From Haliotis cracherodii (taxonomy: Eukaryota), in contig NW_027266266.1 in assembly GCF_022045235.1 (NCBI RefSeq), positions 20,584,001 to 20,648,000 on the forward strand: 64,000 nucleotides of DNA, given 5' to 3'. Below the pieces are notes generated by a model. That model was not told the DNA's origin and ran no database searches. It saw nothing but the letters and a program-made list of their open reading frames with translations. The number at the start of each line of letters is the position of its first letter. Within the stretch, counting starts at the first letter, position 1. Positions 23,201-35,600 of this stretch are shown piece after piece. Both the position numbers and the translations under genes were made by a program.

Positions 23201-26200
23201 CAGTTTCAACTTTAAATCCTTTAGTGATATACACCAGTTTCAACTTTAAATCTTTGAGTGGTATACATCAGTTTCAACTTTAAATCCTTTAGTGATATAC
23301 ATCAGTTTCAACTTTACAACCTTTAGTGGTATACACCAGTTTCAACTTTAAATCCTTTAGTGATATACACCAGTTTCAACTTTAAATCTTTGAGTGGTAT
23401 ACATCAGTTTCAACTTTCAATCCTTTTGTGATATACACCAGTTTCAACTTTAAATCCTTTAGTGATATACACCAGTTTCAACTTTACATCCTTTAGTGGT
23501 ATACACCAGTTTCAACTTTAATTTTTTTGTGATATACATCAGTTTCGACTTTAAATCCTTTAGTGGTATTCACCAGTTTCAACTTTAAATCCTTTTGTGA
23601 TATACACCAGTTTCAACTTTAAATCCTTTTGTGATATACACCAGTTTCAACTTTACATCCTTTAGTGGTATACACCAGTTTCAACTTTAATTTTTTTGTG
23701 ATATACATCAGTTTCGACTTTAAATCCTTTTGTGATATACATCAGTTTCGACTTTAAATCCTTTTGTGATATACATCAGTTTCAACTTTAAATCCTTTTG
23801 TGATATACACCAGTTTCAACTTTACATCCTTAAGTGATATACATCAGTTTCAACTTTAAATCTTTGAGTGGTATACATCAGTTTCAACTTTAAATCCTTT
23901 AGTGAAATACGGCGTTTTCACCTTTAAACTTTTAGTGATATACATCAGTTTCAGTTATAAACCCTTATCTTTTGACGGGTTCCATCGGTTGGCAGGTTTC
24001 GCCCAGCTTCTCGCGAACACTATTTGATAGTGCTTCATAACCATGCTTAAGCGGGGTCGTGAGATGAGGAGATCTTTTTTATGATAATGGAAAGGTTTTC
24101 TTCGCTGTCATTTTGTATACAAGTTTAAGTTATAATGATATATAGCCGTTTCTCTTGTAAAGTGATATACAACTGATTCAATTGTAAATCTACATCGTGG
24201 GGATTCCGGATCAGACTGGGAACCACGCAATACGTGCTGGTCACGTAATGAATCCAGTGGTCAGACTCGGTGGTTGGTTGAGTGGTTGTCATCGACAGTG
24301 ACAGCAAGGATCGTTGCGCATAATGTCAATCACTGGTTTGTCTTGTCCAGACTCGGTGTAAAACCCTTTTAGTTATTACAGTAAACTACGTTATAATGAG
24401 CACGCTTATAACGAACTGACGGATATAACGAACTTATTTTTTTGTCCCGGCCACTGCTGTATCTATGGTGTACACATGCTTTAAACAAACTATGGTTATA
24501 ACGAACTATGGTTATAACGAACTAAAATTAGTTGCCGCATATGTACAAGATAACATTCAACTTGCACCTATTGTTACAAAGTTTATCCTATAGTAATGGT
24601 GTGTATAAATAATGTGTGTGTAATGTGTGTGTAATGTGTGTGTAATTGAAATAGAAGTGCCTCATTTTTCAGTGATTAACAATAAGCAAATTTCTTGGAT
24701 TGAAGGATAAACAAAATAAACAGACTTAATGTACTTTTTCAAGTCATATACAAGGAAATGTCAATTCCACTGTTACATAACAGACATAGAAGTAGAATAT
24801 TATCATTGGCATCCGACCTTCCTTCATTATTTCTCAGCCAGACAGATTTTCACGAAACGTAACACATATTGAACGATATTGTCACAGAGTTATTGAAGAC
24901 AACTAATTCTCAGGTCCCAACAAGCTTTTCTATGTTTGGTACTCTGAAACTCTGAAATTTTTTCCCAGTAAGTTATAAACAACAGTTTCATTTATAAATC
25001 CTAGAAAGTTTTAAACAACAGTTTGAATTATAAATCCAAAAAGTTTTAAACAACAGTTACAATTATAAATCCTGGAAACTTTTAAACAACAGTTTCAATT
25101 ATAAATCCAAGTAAGTTATACACAACCGTTTCAGTTGTAAATCCCAGTAAGCTATAAACAACAGTTTCAATTGTAAATCCCAGTAAGAAATAAACAACAT
25201 CTTCAATTGTGAATCCCAGTAAGCTATAAACAACAGTTTCAATTGTAAATCCCAGTAAGAAATAAACAACATTTTCAATTGTGAATCCCAGTAAGCTATA
25301 AACAACAGTTTCAATCATAAATCCTAGAAAGTTTTAAACAACCGTTTCAATTGTAAATCCCAGTAAGCTATAAACAAGTTTCAATTGTAAATCCCAGTAA
25401 GCAATAAATAAGTTTCAATTGTAAATCCCAGTAAGCTATAAACAACAGTGCCAATTGTAAATCCCAGTAAGCTGTAAACAACAGTTTCAATTATAAAAAT
25501 CCCAGTTAGCTATAAACAACAGTTTCAATTGTAAATCCGAGTAAGCTATAAACAACAGTTTCAATTATAAATCCCAGTAACCTATAAACAACAGTTTCAA
25601 TTGTAAATCCCAGTAAGCAATAAACAAGTTTCAATTGTAAATCCCAGTAACTATAAACAACAGTTTCAATTGTAAATCCCAGTAAGCTATAAACAACAGT
25701 TTCAATTGTAAATCCCAGTAAGCAATAAACAAGTTTCAATTGTAAATCCCAGTAAGCTATAAACAACAGTTTCAATTGTAAATCCGAGTAAGCAATAAAT
25801 AAGTTTCAATTATAAATCCCACTAAGCTATAAACAACAGCTTCAATTATAAATCCAAGTAAGTTATACACAACCGTTTCAGTTGTAAATCCCAGTAAGCT
25901 ATAAACAACAGTTTCAATTGTAAATCCCAGTAAGAAATAAACAACATCTTCAATTGTGAATCCCAGTAAGCTATAAACAACAGTTTCAATTGTAAATCCC
26001 AGTAAGAAATAAACAACATTTTCAATTGTGAATCCCAGTAAGCTATAAACAACAGTTTCAATCATAAATCCTAGAAAGTTTTAAACAACCGTTTCAATTG
26101 GAAATCCCAGTAAGCTATAAACAAGTTTCAATTGTAAATCCCAGTAAGCTATAAACAACATTGCCAATTGTAAATCCCAGTAAGCTGTAAACAACAGTTT

Positions 26201-29200
26201 CAATTATAAATCCCAGTTAGCTATAAACAACAGTTTCAATTGTAAATCCCAGTAAGCAATAAACAAGTTTCAATTGTAAATCCCAGTAACTATAAACAAC
26301 CGTTTCAATTGTAAATCCCAGTAAGCTATAAACAACAGTTTCAATTATAAATCCCAGTAAGCAATAAACAAGTTTCAATTGTAAATCCCAGTAAGCAATA
26401 AACAAGTTTCAATTGTAAATCCCAGTAACTATAAACAACCGTTTCAATTGTAAATCCCAGTAAGCTATAAACAACAGTTTCAATTGTAAATCCGAGTAAG
26501 CAATAAATAAGTTTCAATTATAAATCCCAGTAAGCTATAAACAACAGCTTCAATTATGAATCCCAGTAAGCTATAAACAACAGTTTCAATTATAAATCCC
26601 AGTAAGCTATAAACAACAGTTTCAATTGTAAATCCCAGTAAGCTATAAACAACAGTTTCAATTGTAAATCCCAGTAAGTTTTAGACAACCGTTTCAATTA
26701 TAAATCGCAGTAAGCTGTAAACAACAGTTTCAATTGTAAATCCCAGTAAGCAATAAACAAGTTTCAATTGTAAATCCCAGTAAGCTATAAACAAGTTTCA
26801 ATTGTAAATCCCAGTAAGCAATAAATAAGTTTCAATTATAAATCCCAGTAAGCTATAAACAACAGCTTCAATTATAAATCCCAGTAAGCTATAAACAACA
26901 GTTTCAATTATAAATCCCAGTAAGCTATAAACAACAGTTTCAATTGTAAATCCCAGTAAGCTATAAACAACAGTTTCAATTGTAAATCCCAGTAAGTTAT
27001 AGACAACCGTTTCAATTGTAAATCCCAGTAAGCTGTAAACAACAGTTTCAATTGTAAATCCCAGTAAGCTATAAACAACAGTTTCAATTGTAAATCCCAG
27101 TTAGCAATAAATAAGTTTCAATTGTAAATCCCAGTAAGCTATAAACAACAGTGCCAATTGTAAATCCCAGTAAGCTGTAAACAACAGTTTCAATCATAAA
27201 AATCCCAGTTAGCTATAAACAACAGTTTCAATTGTAAATCCGAGTAAGCTATAAACAACAGTTTCAATTATAAATCCAAGTAAGCTATAAACAACATTTT
27301 CAATTGTAAATCCCAGTAAGCAATAAACAAGTTTCAATTGTAAATCCCAGTAACTATAAACAACAGTTTCAATTGTAAATCCCAGTAAGCTATAAACAAC
27401 AGTTTCAATTGTAAATCCCAGTAAGCAATAAACAAGTTTCAATTGTAAATCCCAGTAAGCTATAAACAACAGTTTCAATTGTAAATCCGAGTAAGCAATA
27501 AATAAGTTTCAATTATAAATCCCACTAAGCTATAAACAACAGCTTCAATTATAAATCCAAGTAAGTTATACACAACCGTTTCAGTTGTAAATCCCAGTAA
27601 GCTATAAACAACAGTTTCAATTGTAAATCCCAGTAAGAAATAAACAACATCTTCAATTGTGAATCCCAGTAAGCTATAAACAACAGTTTCAATTGTAAAT
27701 CCCAGTAAGAAATAAACAACATTTTCAATTGTGAATCCCAGTAAGCTATAAACAACAGTTTCAATCATAAATCCTAGAAAGTTTTAAACAACCGTTTCAA
27801 TTGGAAATCCCAGTAAGCTATAAACAAGTTTCAATTGTAAATCCCAGTAAGCTATAAACAACAGTGCCAATTGTAAATCCCAGTAAGCTGTAAACAACAG
27901 TTTCAATTATAAATCCCAGTTAGCTATAAACAACAGTTTCAATTGTAAATCCCAGTAAGCAATAAACAAGTTTCAATTGTAAATCCCAGTAACTATAAAC
28001 AACAGTTTCAATTGTAAATCCCAGTAAGCTATAAACAACAGTTTCAATTATAAATCCCAGTAAGCAATAAACAAGTTTCAATTGTAAATCCCAGTAAGCA
28101 ATAAACAAGTTTCAATTGTAAATCCCAGTAACTATAAACAACCGTTTCAATTGTAAATCCCAGTAAGCTATAAACAACAGTTTCAATTGTAAATCCGAGT
28201 AAGCAATAAATAAGTTTCAATTATAAATCCCAGTAAGCTATAAACAACAGCTTCAATTATAAATCCCAGTAAGCTATAAACAACAGTTTCAATTATAAAT
28301 CCCAGTAAGCTATAAACAACAGTTTCAATTGTAAATCCCAGTAAGCTATAAACAACAGTTTCAATTGTAAATCCCAGTAAGTTATAGACAACCGTTTCAA
28401 TTATAAATCGCAGTAAGCTGTAAACAACAGTTTCAATTGTAAATCCCAGTAAGCAATAAACAAGTTTCAATTGTAAATCCCAGTAAGCTATAAACAAGTT
28501 TCAATTGTAAATCCCAGTAAGCAATAAATAAGTTTCAATTATAAATCCCAGTAAGCTATAAACAACAGCTTCAATTATAAATCCCAGTAAGCTATAAACA
28601 ACAGTTTCAATTATAAATCCCAGTAAGCTATAAACAACAGTTTCAATTGTAAATCCCAGTAAGCAATAAATAAGTTTCAATTATAAATCCCAGTAAGCTA
28701 TAAACAACAGCTTCAATTATAAATCCCAGTAAGCTATAAACAACAGTTTCAATTATAAATCCCAGTAAGCTATAAACAACAGTTTCAATTGTAAATCCCA
28801 GTAAGCTATAAACAACAGTTTCAATTGTAAATCCCAGTAAGTTATAGACAACCGTTTCAATTGTAAATCCCAGTAAGCTGTAAACAACAGTTTCAATTGT
28901 AAATCCCAGTAAGTTATAAACAACAGTTTCAATTGTAAATCCCAAGTGACAAGCAAGAGTAATTTGACAGTGATTCCCATGCTCATAAGTGTCACCAGAG
29001 TGATACAAGTAAAAACAATGCATCACTTCGGGTTTTCTCCCTCATCAAGCTGACACGACCAATATACCTGTATTCTAATCAAAGAGGCGACATATGTATT
29101 AAAGGTAACCATTAACTAGATTGAAATACATCATAACATGTTAAGTTTGCACATAAAATGAACATTGAGTGACTTAAATAAAAATTGCCAGGATCACCAA

Positions 29201-29581
29201 ATAGGAGTGTTGTACGCCGCTTTAGTAATAATCCAGCGACACTCACTCACTCACTCACATTCGTGTCATATACAACCAGCACATATACAACGCATATACA
29301 AATTAAACCACTCGGGGCATACAAGCTAGCACATATACAATTAACATCAACAAATGGACCTTTCACTGTTCCTACAGACCGTTAATCCGGAAACTACTTA
29401 CACCGGACGATTAAACCGGGAACGGTAGCAGCCGCACTAACAGGGTTAAGCCTTAGACTCGGCATATTGCTTGGGGTGTTGTTAGTAAATTAGGAGCAAT
29501 ATGTCTGATTAATATATCATTTACATTTATGACCGTCTTCAAAATGTACAACCAGCACGAATACATCACAAACACAGTTAT

Positions 29582-29618
<37 letters not shown>

Positions 29619-32600
29619 GCACGCACGCACACGCGCTCGCACGCACACACACTCGTCACGTGCACAACGCTAACCAGCACGTAAACAACACATATAAAAT
29701 AAAACACATGCACACTCGTCACACACACGCGCGCGTACGTACGCACGCATGCACGCATGCACGCACGCACGCGCGCGTGTGTGTGATGAGTGTGCATGTG
29801 TTTTATTGTATATGTGTTGTTTACGTGCTGGTTAGCGTGGGGATTCCGCGTTAGAACTGACCCCATCCACCTATGCTGGTCCCCCGTGGGGATTCCGCGT
29901 TAGAACTGACCCCAGCAACCTATGCTGGTCCCCCGTGGGGATTCCGCGTTAGAACTGACCCCAAGCAACCTATGCTGGTCCCCCGTGGGGATTCCGGGTT
30001 AGAACTGACCCCAAGCAACCTATGCTGGTCCCCCGTGGGGATTCCGGGTTAGAACTGACCCCAAGCAACCTATGCTGGGCCCCGAGGGGATTCCGGGTTA
30101 GAACTGACCCCATCCACCTATGCTGGTCCCCCGTGGGGATTCCGCGTCAGAACTGACCCCATCCACCTATGCTGGTCCCCCGTGGGGATTCCGCGTTAGA
30201 ACTGCCCCAAGCAACCTATGCTGGACCCCCAGGGGATTCCGGGTTAGAACTGACCCCAAGGAACCTATGCTGGTCCCCCGTGGGGATTCCGCGTTAGAAC
30301 TGACCCCAAGCAACCTATGCTCGGCCCCCAGGGGATTCCGCGTTAGAACTGACCCCAAGCAGCCTATTCTGGGCCCTCTGCCACAAAGCGATCTTAGCAC
30401 TACGACTATCGTACATCCCAGTTTTAAGATGCGAATCAGTGGGTCAGGTGGTCAGACTTGGTGACCTGGTTGATTGCTTGTCAGCATGTCCCGACGGCAT
30501 GGATCGATGCTCACAACGTCAATCAGTCACTGGGTTTTCTTGAACAGGCTCAACTATTTACAGGCCGTCTTCGAATAGCTGCAACATTGCTGAGTGCGGC
30601 ATTCAACACTAAACCAACAAAGTTTTAACCTATCCATTTCCATGAATATGATTGCCGCTAAGGCAGTGTCGCATTTGCTTTAGTGTGCATATCTTCTGTT
30701 CGTTTGTTTTTAACGCCGCACTCAGAACTATTCCAGCTATATTGCATCAGCCTGTAAATAATCAAATCAGGACCGGACAATCCAGTGATTGACATCATGA
30801 GCATCAGTCTACGCAAATGGGATACGTTGACATGCATCAACCAAGTCAGCGAGCCTGACCAGCCGATCCCGTTAATAGCCTTTTTACGACAAGCACAGGC
30901 TGCGGCAGACCTATATTCTTACCTGGATAAATATTAAATATTAATAGCATTAGCAAATCGATCACAGTATTGAGGCCATGTTATGGCAAGAGGCACGTAT
31001 GGAGCCATATGTTTCTAGAGTTGTTTGTTTTCTTTTTTCTTTAGCTTTTGGTCTACCGTTTTATAATGTTTGTTTGCTAGGTATATCTTTGTTATTGTGT
31101 CGTATGCTGATGTGTCGAATTCTCGGTTCTTTCGAAATGATTGTTTGGTCCCGCGAATTCCTTTAATATCATTATTTGACCTCTGATAAAAGATAACGCA
31201 TATGTCGAATCATTGGTTGACGGAAACAATATTGCTCTGATAAGTCGATCTGGTAATAAAACTTTTCATCCTGTAATAAATAACTATATGTTACAATGTA
31301 ATACATAAATAAACTGGTAAGCCGTATAAAAGGTAGCTAAAGACAGGAATATTGTAGCGTACACGAGGCAAAAGACAGACAGGAATACTGTAGCGTACAC
31401 GAGGCAAAAGACAGGAATATTGTAGCGTACACGAGGCAAAAGACAGGAATATTGTAGCATACACGAGGCAAAAGACAGGAACAGACAGAAATATTGTAGC
31501 GTACACGAGGCAAAAGACAGGAATACTGTAGCGTACACGAGGCAAAAGACAGGAACATTGTAGCGTACACGAGGCAAAAGACAGGAATATTGTAGCGTAC
31601 ACGAGGCAAAAGACAGGAACATTGTAGCGTACACGAGGCAAAAGACAGGAATATTGTAGCGTACACGAGGCAAAAGACAGAAATATTGTAGCGTACACGA
31701 GGCAAAAGACAGGAACATTGTAGCGTACACGAGGCAAAAGACAGGAATATTGTAGCGTACACGAGGCAAAAGACAGGAACAGACAGAAATATTGTAGCGT
31801 ACACGAGGCAAAAGACAGGAATACTGTAGCGTACACGAGGCAAAAGACAGGAACATTGTAGCGTACACGAGGCAAAAGACAGGAATATTGTAGCGTACAC
31901 GAGGCAAAAGACAGGAACATTGTAGCGTACACGAGGCAAAAGACAGGAACATTGTAGCGTACACGAGGCAAAAGACAGGAACAGACAGAAATATTGTAGC
32001 GTACACGAGGCAAAAGACAGGAATACTGTAGCGTACACGAGGCAAAAGACAGGAATATTGTAGCGTACACGAGGCAAAAGACAGGAATATTGTAGCGTAC
32101 ACGAGGCAAAAGACAGGAATATTGTAGCGTACACGAGGCAAAAGACAGGAACAGACAGAAATATTGTAGCGTACACGAGGCAAAAGACAGGAATACTGTA
32201 GCGTACACGAGGCAAAAGACAGGAATATTGTAGCGTACACGAGGCAAAAGACAGGAATATTGTAGCGTACACGAGGCAAAAGACAGGAACATTGTAGCGT
32301 ACACGAGGCAAAAGACAGGAATATTGTAGCGTACACGAGGCAAAAGACAGGAACATTGTAGCGTACACGAGGCAAAAGACAGGAATATTGTAGCGTACAC
32401 GAGGCAAAAGACAGGAACAGACAGAAATATTGTAGCGTACACGAGGCAAAAGACAGGAATACTGTAGCGTACACGAGGCAAAAGACAGGAATATTGTAGC
32501 GTACACGAGGCAAAAGACAGGAATATTGTAGCGTACACGAGGCAAAAGACAGGAACATTGTAGCATACACGAGGCAAAAGACAGGAATATTGTAGCGTAC

Positions 32601-35600
32601 ACGAGGCAAAAGACAGGAACATTGTAGCGTACACGAGGCAAAAGACAGGAATATTGTAGCGTACACGAGGCAAAAGACAGGAACAGACAGAAATATTGTA
32701 GCGTACACGAGGCAAAAGACAGGAATATTGTAGCGTACACGAGGCAAAAGACAGGAACATTGTAGCGTACACGAGGCAAAAGACAGGAATATTGTAGCGT
32801 ACACGAGGCAAAAGACAGGAACATTGTAGCGTACACGAGGCAAAAGACAGGAATATTGTAGCGTACACGAGGCAAAAGACAGGAACATTGTAGCGTACAC
32901 GAGGCAAAAGACAGGAATATTGTAGCGTACACGAGGCAAAAGACAGGAACATTGTAGCGTACACGAGGCAAAAGACAGGAATATTGTAGCGTACACGAGG
33001 CAAAAGACAGGAACATTGTAGCGTACACGAGGCAAAAGACAGGAATATTGTAGCGTACACGAGGCAAAAGACAGGAACAGACAGAAATATTGTAGCGTAC
33101 ACGAGGCAAAAGACAGGAATATTGTAGCGTACACGAGGCAAAAGACAGGAACATTGTAGCGTACACGAGGCAAAAGACAGGAATATTGTAGCGTACACGA
33201 GGCAAAAGACAGGAACATTGTAGCGTACACGAGGCAAAAGACAGGAACATTGTAGCGTACACGAGGCAAAAGACAGGAATATTGTAGCGTACACGAGGCA
33301 AAAGACAGGAATATTGTAGCGTACACGAGGCAAAAGACAGGAACATTGTAGCGTACACGAGGCAAAAGACAGGAATATTGTAGCGTACACGAGGCAAAAG
33401 ACAGGAACAGACAGAAATATTGTAGCGTACACGAGGCAAAAGACAGGAATACTGTAGCGTACACGAGGCAAAAGACAGGAATATTGTAGCGTACACGAGG
33501 CAAAAGACAGGAATATTGTAGCGTACACGAGGCAAAAGACAGGAACATTGTAGCGTACACGAGGCAAAAGACAGGAATATTGTAGCGTACACGAGGCAAA
33601 AGACAGGAACATTGTAGCGTACACGAGGCAAAAGACAGGAATATTGTAGCGTACACGAGGCAAAAGACAGGAACAGACAGAAATATTGTAGCGTACACGA
33701 GGCAAAAGACAGGAATACTGTACCGTACACGAGGCAAAAGACAGGAATATTGTAGCGTACACGAGGCAAAAGACAGGAATATTGTAGCGTACACGAGGCA
33801 AAAGACAGGAATATTGTAGCGTACACGAGGCAAAAGACAGGAACAGACAGAAATATTGTAGCGTACACGAGGCAAAAGACAGGAATTTTCCAATAAAAAA
33901 AGCTGCACCTTGACAGTTGATATAATGTCATTAGGCTTCCTTTTGTCAAGTTGCATCTCGCAGGTGGTGATGCACTGACGTCATCACTTTCTGCGCTCCT
34001 GGCTGCACTACAGATTAATCAAAAGGGGCCTCCGTCCAGACTAATGATCAATAATGCATTGCAAGGAAATGTCACCTTAATGAAGCTGTCAGCTCAATTC
34101 TAATCCTGTTTTAGATTGTTTGTTTGGCTTAACGTCGATTTTGATTCATGTTGAATATATCAAGTTGAATATTGCCATATCAATACACTAGATCAAGAGT
34201 GTGATTCATGTATGTTCCTTCATAACACACAATAGAGCATTAACGTTTTAAAGATTTTGGATTTTCGTTAACATGGTAAATATCATATTCATTTTTAAAG
34301 ATTCCTGTTTAGAAGGATTCGTACTGGTAATGATTCTTGATCTGTCTGAACTTTACCGTGTTTCACGACCTGAGTCACTTAAGCTGTCTACACCCGGAAA
34401 TAGATATCGCTGAAATACCTTAAACCTATGAAAGGAGTAAGGTGGCTAAGCGTCAACGCATCCCAATGTATTTGTACGCCAAAGAACCGAGTTCGATTAC
34501 GAGTATGTGAGTGAGTGTGCTTTTGTGCCGCTTTTAGCAGTATTTCAGCAATTTTACGGCGGGGGACACCAGAAATGGGCTTCACACATTGTACCAATAA
34601 GGGGAATCGTACACCGACCTTCGGTGTGACGAGCAATCGCTTTAACCACTAGGCTACCCCACCGCTCCCGTATCGAGAACTAAAAATGTAGGACAAAAGA
34701 AAGTATACACACACGTTTGATGGTGGCCTATAATTAAACAAACAAGAAATGTTTTTTCGCCGCCCCTGATTACTCACACAGATTCAACCTGCTGGGGCCT
34801 TCCTCGGGACGCTTTTTTTATTTTTTAATATATTGTTTTTAATTTTCACATCTGAAATATCATTGTTCGCTTGGCAAGCTGGGTATTGTGAAATAAATTT
34901 GTGTTGTAAAAAATATTTACATCGTTCACCTCCTTTCAGAGATAAGACAAAAACTGTGACCGACAAAAATTGTCCGTGAGCCATTATTTTCTTTTTCGTC
35001 CAGCCCTTACTGTAACGCAGAAGCCCTAAATAAAGTCTAGATTTTCTAGAGGTCTCCCAACTCACAGGGGCCCCTTTTCAATTTAAGTTGTTTGTTTCTA
35101 TCCAATATATTTTCAGAGACAAAGCGTTAGACTGGACAGCAATAGTTTCTGTCGCGTATGTCTTGCGACGTAAAATCTGTCTCATTCGGTTTCTTTTTCT
35201 ACACACAGGTAAGGCCCTGGAGAACTGCACAGCGACGGAGAACACGTACATGATGCAGCCACAAGGGGTGCCGGTGAAGGGGGATGTATCGGTAGACGAG
35301 GAAGAGAGGGAAACGTGGGCCAAAAAAATTGACTTCTTGTTATCAGTGGTTGGCTTTGCCGTGGACCTTGCAAATGTCTGGAGATTCCCGTATCTGTGTT
35401 ACAAAAATGGCGGAGGTAAGGGAGACAACCCATTTAGTTATTTAAGGGAGATAACTCTCATATCGTATGCATACACTTTTTCTTATGAATTCATTGTCCA
35501 TTGATAAGTCACCAAAACCTATAAACGTTATCAAAACGCTAATTGACTGATCTTTTGTGAGATACTCATTAATATGATACATCACCATTGAATATCCATT

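Noticed and set aside
23056-28945. 34-36-bp repeats of CRISPR-like length
   Set aside because: Head-to-tail units without unique spacers, no cas genes, and a eukaryotic intronic context
31284-33956. 836-890 aa ORFs on the minus strand
   Set aside because: All three frames are open only because the 32-bp unit lacks stop codons on that strand; the peptides are frame-rotations of one repeat
35250-35255. ATGATG as the DAT start codon
   Set aside because: The frame is open back to a strong acceptor at 35208 and a phase-compatible ATG exon exists at 11180-11259; kept only as a possible alternative start
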